Assembly (NCBI GenBank): GCA_028698185.1 | Contig: JAQVDW010000005.1 | Coordinates: 1-32,000, forward strand | Direction of reading: 5' to 3' | DNA: 32,000 nucleotides | From: Erysipelotrichaceae bacterium | GTDB taxonomy: Bacteria > Bacillota_I > Bacilli_A > Erysipelotrichales > Coprobacillaceae | Shown here: in pieces, positions 29,260-32,000 of the stretch | Numbering within the stretch: the stretch's first letter is position 1 | Layout: each line of letters opens with the position of its first letter | Notes under the pieces: model-generated | Told to the model about the DNA's origin: nothing | The model's input: only the letters and a program-made list of their open reading frames with translations | The model's database searches: none | Position numbers and translations under genes: made by a program

Positions 29260-30147
29260 ATGAAGAAATATTTGACGATCGACATCGGAGGAAGCGCCAT
29301 CAAATACGGCGTGATTGATGAACAGCTCAATTTCACATCTAAGGGGAAAGTGGCTACCCCGCTTGACACTATTGAAAACCTGCTCCAGACAATCGGAGAG
29401 CTTGTTTCCAACTGTAAAGAACCGCTTGCCGGATTGGCGGTTTCGATGCCTGGAATCATCGACAATGAACAAGGATATGCCTATACCGGAGGGGCGTTAA
29501 GCTACATCCATGAAATCAACTTCAAGGACGAGCTAGAGGCCTACACGGAAATGAAAGTGGCTATCTGCAATGATGCCAAGGCGGCGACCCTGGCCGAAAT
29601 GGGGTATGGCCATCTTGAAGGCATTGCCAATGGGATTGTTGTGGTGCTGGGAACCGGAATCGGTGGGGGTGTTGTCATCAACAACAAGCTGATCAAGGGG
29701 ACCAATTTCTCGGCTGGAGAATTCTCGTTCATCAAGGGCGATGTGAACGACGATTCCCAGGACAACCTCTTTGCCTTCACCAACGGCATTGGCGGTGTCA
29801 AAAAGGAAATATTCAAGGCATCGGGACTGGAAAACATCGAAGGGGTCGAGGCCTTCAAGCTAATCAAGGCAGGCAACAAGGAAGTGCTTGCGGGAATGGA
29901 AGCCTTCTGCGACAAGCTCGCCTTCCATATCTACAACCTCCAGGTTGTCCTCGATGTCCAAAGGATTCTTATCGGTGGTGGCATCTCGCAGGAACCGATG
30001 ATGATCGAGCTGATCAATGAAGCGGCCGACAGGAAGTTTGGCGGCAAGTTCAATTTCATCAAGAAACCTGAAATCATGACTTGCCAGTTCTGTAACGATG
30101 CCAACCTGATTGGGGCTCTCTATAATTTCAAGAACATCCATGAATAA
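29260..30147 (+). CDS. ROK family sugar kinase (possibly beta-glucoside kinase-like)
   Basis: LTIDIGGSAIKYGVI N-terminal ATP motif, CNDAKAA, GTGIGGG; RBS AAAGGAG. Confidence 0.85.
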   Translation: MKKYLTIDIGGSAIKYGVIDEQLNFTSKGKVATPLDTIENLLQTIGELVSNCKEPLAGLAVSMPGIIDNEQGYAYTGGALSYIHEINFKDELEAYTEMKVAICNDAKAATLAEMGYGHLEGIANGIVVVLGTGIGGGVVINNKLIKGTNFSAGEFSFIKGDVNDDSQDNLFAFTNGIGGVKKEIFKASGLENIEGVEAFKLIKAGNKEVLAGMEAFCDKLAFHIYNLQVVLDVQRILIGGGISQEPMMIELINEAADRKFGGKFNFIKKPEIMTCQFCNDANLIGALYNFKNIHE

Positions 30148-30241
30148 CTCTCAAGCTTGCCTTTTTTAAGGTGGGCTTTCTTTTTTGTTTACTTCAACTT
30201 AACTTCAAGGTGTATGATGGTCTCAGGAAAGTGAGGCAAAC

Positions 30242-30964
30242 ATGGAAAGAGTGAAAGTGATATATCATATGACCGTTTCAATCGATGGCAAAATTACCGG
30301 TGATTATCTAAGTGATGAAAGATCACAGGAAGCCATCTCCTATTATTATGCAAAACACCGTGAGTTTAAAAGCGACGGATTCATCTGTGGCCGTAAAACG
30401 ATGGCTTCAAGTTTTGGACATCTGATGGACGAAAAGGCAGTATTGCCAGAAATACCGATCGAATCAAATGAGGATTTTGTCGGCGATCCCCAGGCGCGTT
30501 TTTATGCTATCGCCCTGGATTCCAAGGGCAAACTCAACTGGAGCTCCAATACCCTCAGAGATGATGATCCCGGTTACGATGGAGCCCATATAATCGAAGT
30601 GGTGTGCGAGGATGTCGACCGCCATTACCTGGGTTATCTTCAGGAGCGAAGGGTCTCGTATGTCTTTGCGGGAAAAGCCAAAGTCGATCTTGACCTGCTT
30701 TTTATCAAGCTAAAGGACCTGTTTTGCATCAATTTGCTCCTGCTTGAAGGCGGAGGGATAATCGGGGGATCGTTTCTTCAAGCCGGTCTTGTCGACGAAC
30801 TGTCGCTGGTTGTCGCCCCATTGATCCAGGGAAGCCAGGGACAGGATCTTGCAGTGGCTGATAAAGAGTTGACCGCCCATTTCACTGCCCAGACACCGGT
30901 CATGAACGAATCGGGGGTCCTTTATCTAAGCTTCGTGAAAAACATTCCAAGCATGCCACGATAA
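30242..30964 (+). CDS. RibD C-terminal domain / dihydrofolate reductase family protein
   Basis: MTVSIDGKITG and LLLEGGGIIGGSFLQAGLVDELSLVVAP motifs. Confidence 0.8.
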   Translation: MERVKVIYHMTVSIDGKITGDYLSDERSQEAISYYYAKHREFKSDGFICGRKTMASSFGHLMDEKAVLPEIPIESNEDFVGDPQARFYAIALDSKGKLNWSSNTLRDDDPGYDGAHIIEVVCEDVDRHYLGYLQERRVSYVFAGKAKVDLDLLFIKLKDLFCINLLLLEGGGIIGGSFLQAGLVDELSLVVAPLIQGSQGQDLAVADKELTAHFTAQTPVMNESGVLYLSFVKNIPSMPR

Positions 30965-30977
30965 ACACGATGTGATC

Positions 30978-31011
30978 GGACAAAGGAGTCGTTCCTTTGT
31001 CCTTGATTTTT
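30978..31011 (+). terminator. rho-independent terminator
   Basis: GGACAAAGGA-GTCGT-TCCTTTGTCC followed by TTGATTTTT. Confidence 0.85.
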
Positions 31012-31122
31012 CTGTGATGTGCAAGAGTATAGACAGTTTTCTATTTCAAAATATGGAAAAAAACTTCATTTGAATAAGCTTGAGGTGCTGTCAAGGCATT
31101 TCATTGGAATGAGCTCAAATTA

Positions 31123-31152
31123 ACCGAAAAAAGTTGATTTGACTTTTTCGGT
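31123..31152. promoter_or_regulatory. inverted repeat with CCGAA cores (PurBox-like pair, candidate PurR operator)
   Basis: ACCGAAAAAAGT-TGATTTG-ACTTTTTCGGT. Confidence 0.35.
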
Positions 31153-31242
31153 AAAAATTTGCACTTTTGGTAAAATTTGGTAATAAAAGGTGTTTATTTC
31201 TAAAAATGGTTGTCATTTATTTGTTTTTGTATAAAAAAAGAG

Positions 31243-31271
31243 TTGTAATCTTTATTTTATTATGGTATCAT
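31243..31271 (+). promoter_or_regulatory. candidate promoter of the purK leader
   Basis: TTGTAA - 17 nt - TGG TATCAT. An alternative extended -10, TGGTAAAAT, lies at 31168-31176. Confidence 0.45.
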
Positions 31272-31573
31272 CAACGCGGACAGGTTTAAATAAAAATGAA
31301 GGGTTAAAAAACAAAGCAGGCCGCCGGATTTAATGATTTCCAGCGGTTCGCTACGATTTCCCATGATAAAACACGGTGGCATCATCCTGTGTGACCTGCA
31401 ATCAATCACTTGAACAATATCGGCGCAACCAGCCGATATCTGGATATCAAAATGGCCAGAAGCTTTTTTGAGGAATTCGAGCAATGAAACCGGCCGGAAA
31501 GCTGGAAGAATCTAGACGAATTATTTGACTAAAGTTGGAAGACGAATCGGGTGGCGCAAGTTGCCTGATAGCG

Positions 31574-31616
31574 GGCCAATAACGATGCTTTTTTCAGCGT
31601 TGTTATTGGGCTTTTT
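31574..31616 (+). terminator. strong terminator immediately upstream of the purK RBS (attenuator / riboswitch expression platform)
   Basis: About 14 bp stem GGCCAATAACGATGC-TTTTTTC-AGCGTTGTTATTGGGC followed by T5; the AGGAGG RBS starts 7 nt later. Confidence 0.75.
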
Positions 31617-31635
31617 ACTAATAGGAGGACGTAAG

Positions 31636-32000
31636 ATGGCAAATAAGACAATCAAACAACTGACCCCGCCGGCGACAATCGGCATTATCGGGGGCGGCCA
31701 ACTGGGCAAAATGATGTCCCATGAAGCCAAAAAGATGGGCTATGATGTGGTTATCTATGACCCGAAAGAAAATGCCATTGCGGCTCAGGTTTCAAACAGC
31801 CAGGTGGTGGGTGGCTTCTCCGATGAAGCCAAGCTGTTGGAATTCGCCAAACAGGTCGATGTGATCACTTACGAATTTGAACATCTGGACGCCACTGTCC
31901 TGGAAAATCTGGAAAACAAGGGTTATCCGATCTATCCCAGCGCGGCGACTTTGAGAATGATCCAGGACAAGGACACCCAGAAAAAATGGCTCGCGGACAT
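31636..32000 (+). CDS. purK: N5-carboxyaminoimidazole ribonucleotide synthase (partial, 3' end outside window)
   Basis: Hand translation gives MANKTIKQLTPPATIGIIGGGQLGKMMSHEAKKMGYDVVIYDP...VITYEFEH...DK, an ATP-grasp PurK N-terminus. AGGAGG RBS at 31623-31628. Absent from the ORF track because there is no stop in the window. Confidence 0.85.
   Translation, partial: MANKTIKQLTPPATIGIIGGGQLGKMMSHEAKKMGYDVVIYDPKENAIAAQVSNSQVVGGFSDEAKLLEFAKQVDVITYEFEHLDATVLENLENKGYPIYPSAATLRMIQDKDTQKKWLAD

Noticed and set aside
31272-31574. Attempted assignment of the purK leader to guanine/adenine, ZTP, PRPP/ykkC, c-di-GMP-I or T-box classes
   Set aside because: The conserved cores are absent or only loosely matched (for example GGGTGGCGCAAG versus the T-box or ZTP cores). 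The long-range pairing 31335-31344 with 31501-31512 is no better than chance for a 350 nt RNA. I left it unclassified.
31260-31730. Minus-strand ORFs 31260-31484 (74 aa) and 31521-31730 (69 aa)
   Set aside because: They lie in the structured leader or overlap the purK start, have no RBS, and are Cys/Pro-rich with odd composition.

Overview
This is a chromosomal, mostly housekeeping window from a low-GC Gram-positive-type bacterium (Bacillota/Erysipelotrichia- or Mollicutes-related is my guess). It uses the standard code: TGA is a stop and TGG encodes Trp. In order, the window contains:
- the 3' end of a 5S rRNA with its terminator
- a histidine-phosphatase-family gene
- ptsI (minus strand)
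- nagB
- a dGTPase-like HD gene followed directly by metA
- a Nit-family C-N hydrolase
- folC
- a divergent NadE-like PP-loop enzyme
- a P-type (Ca2+-type) ATPase on the minus strand, split by a frameshift in a homopolymer run
- three uncharacterised small genes, including a DUF5050-like lipoprotein
- tRNA-Leu(GAG) on the minus strand
- a 19-gene tRNA array containing a roughly 0.8 kb tandem block duplication
- a small membrane protein
- a complete hisZ-G-D-B-H-A-F-IE-hisK operon
- a small RepA_N-like protein overlapping a CDF transporter
- two tandem GH1 6-phospho-beta-glucosidases plus a ROK kinase
- a RibD_C/DHFR-family reductase
- a 620 bp structured non-coding region ahead of a partial purK

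No CRISPR array, IS element, prophage or recognisable defence island was seen. The most interesting signal is a 16-codon leader ORF upstream of the his operon. It has four consecutive His codons and is followed by mutually exclusive hairpins and two terminators, which looks like a translation-coupled attenuator rather than a T-box. Other candidate cis-regulatory leaders lie upstream of purK, folC and the P-type ATPase. All coordinates for RNA elements were hand-counted. All functional calls rest on motif recognition, not on searches.
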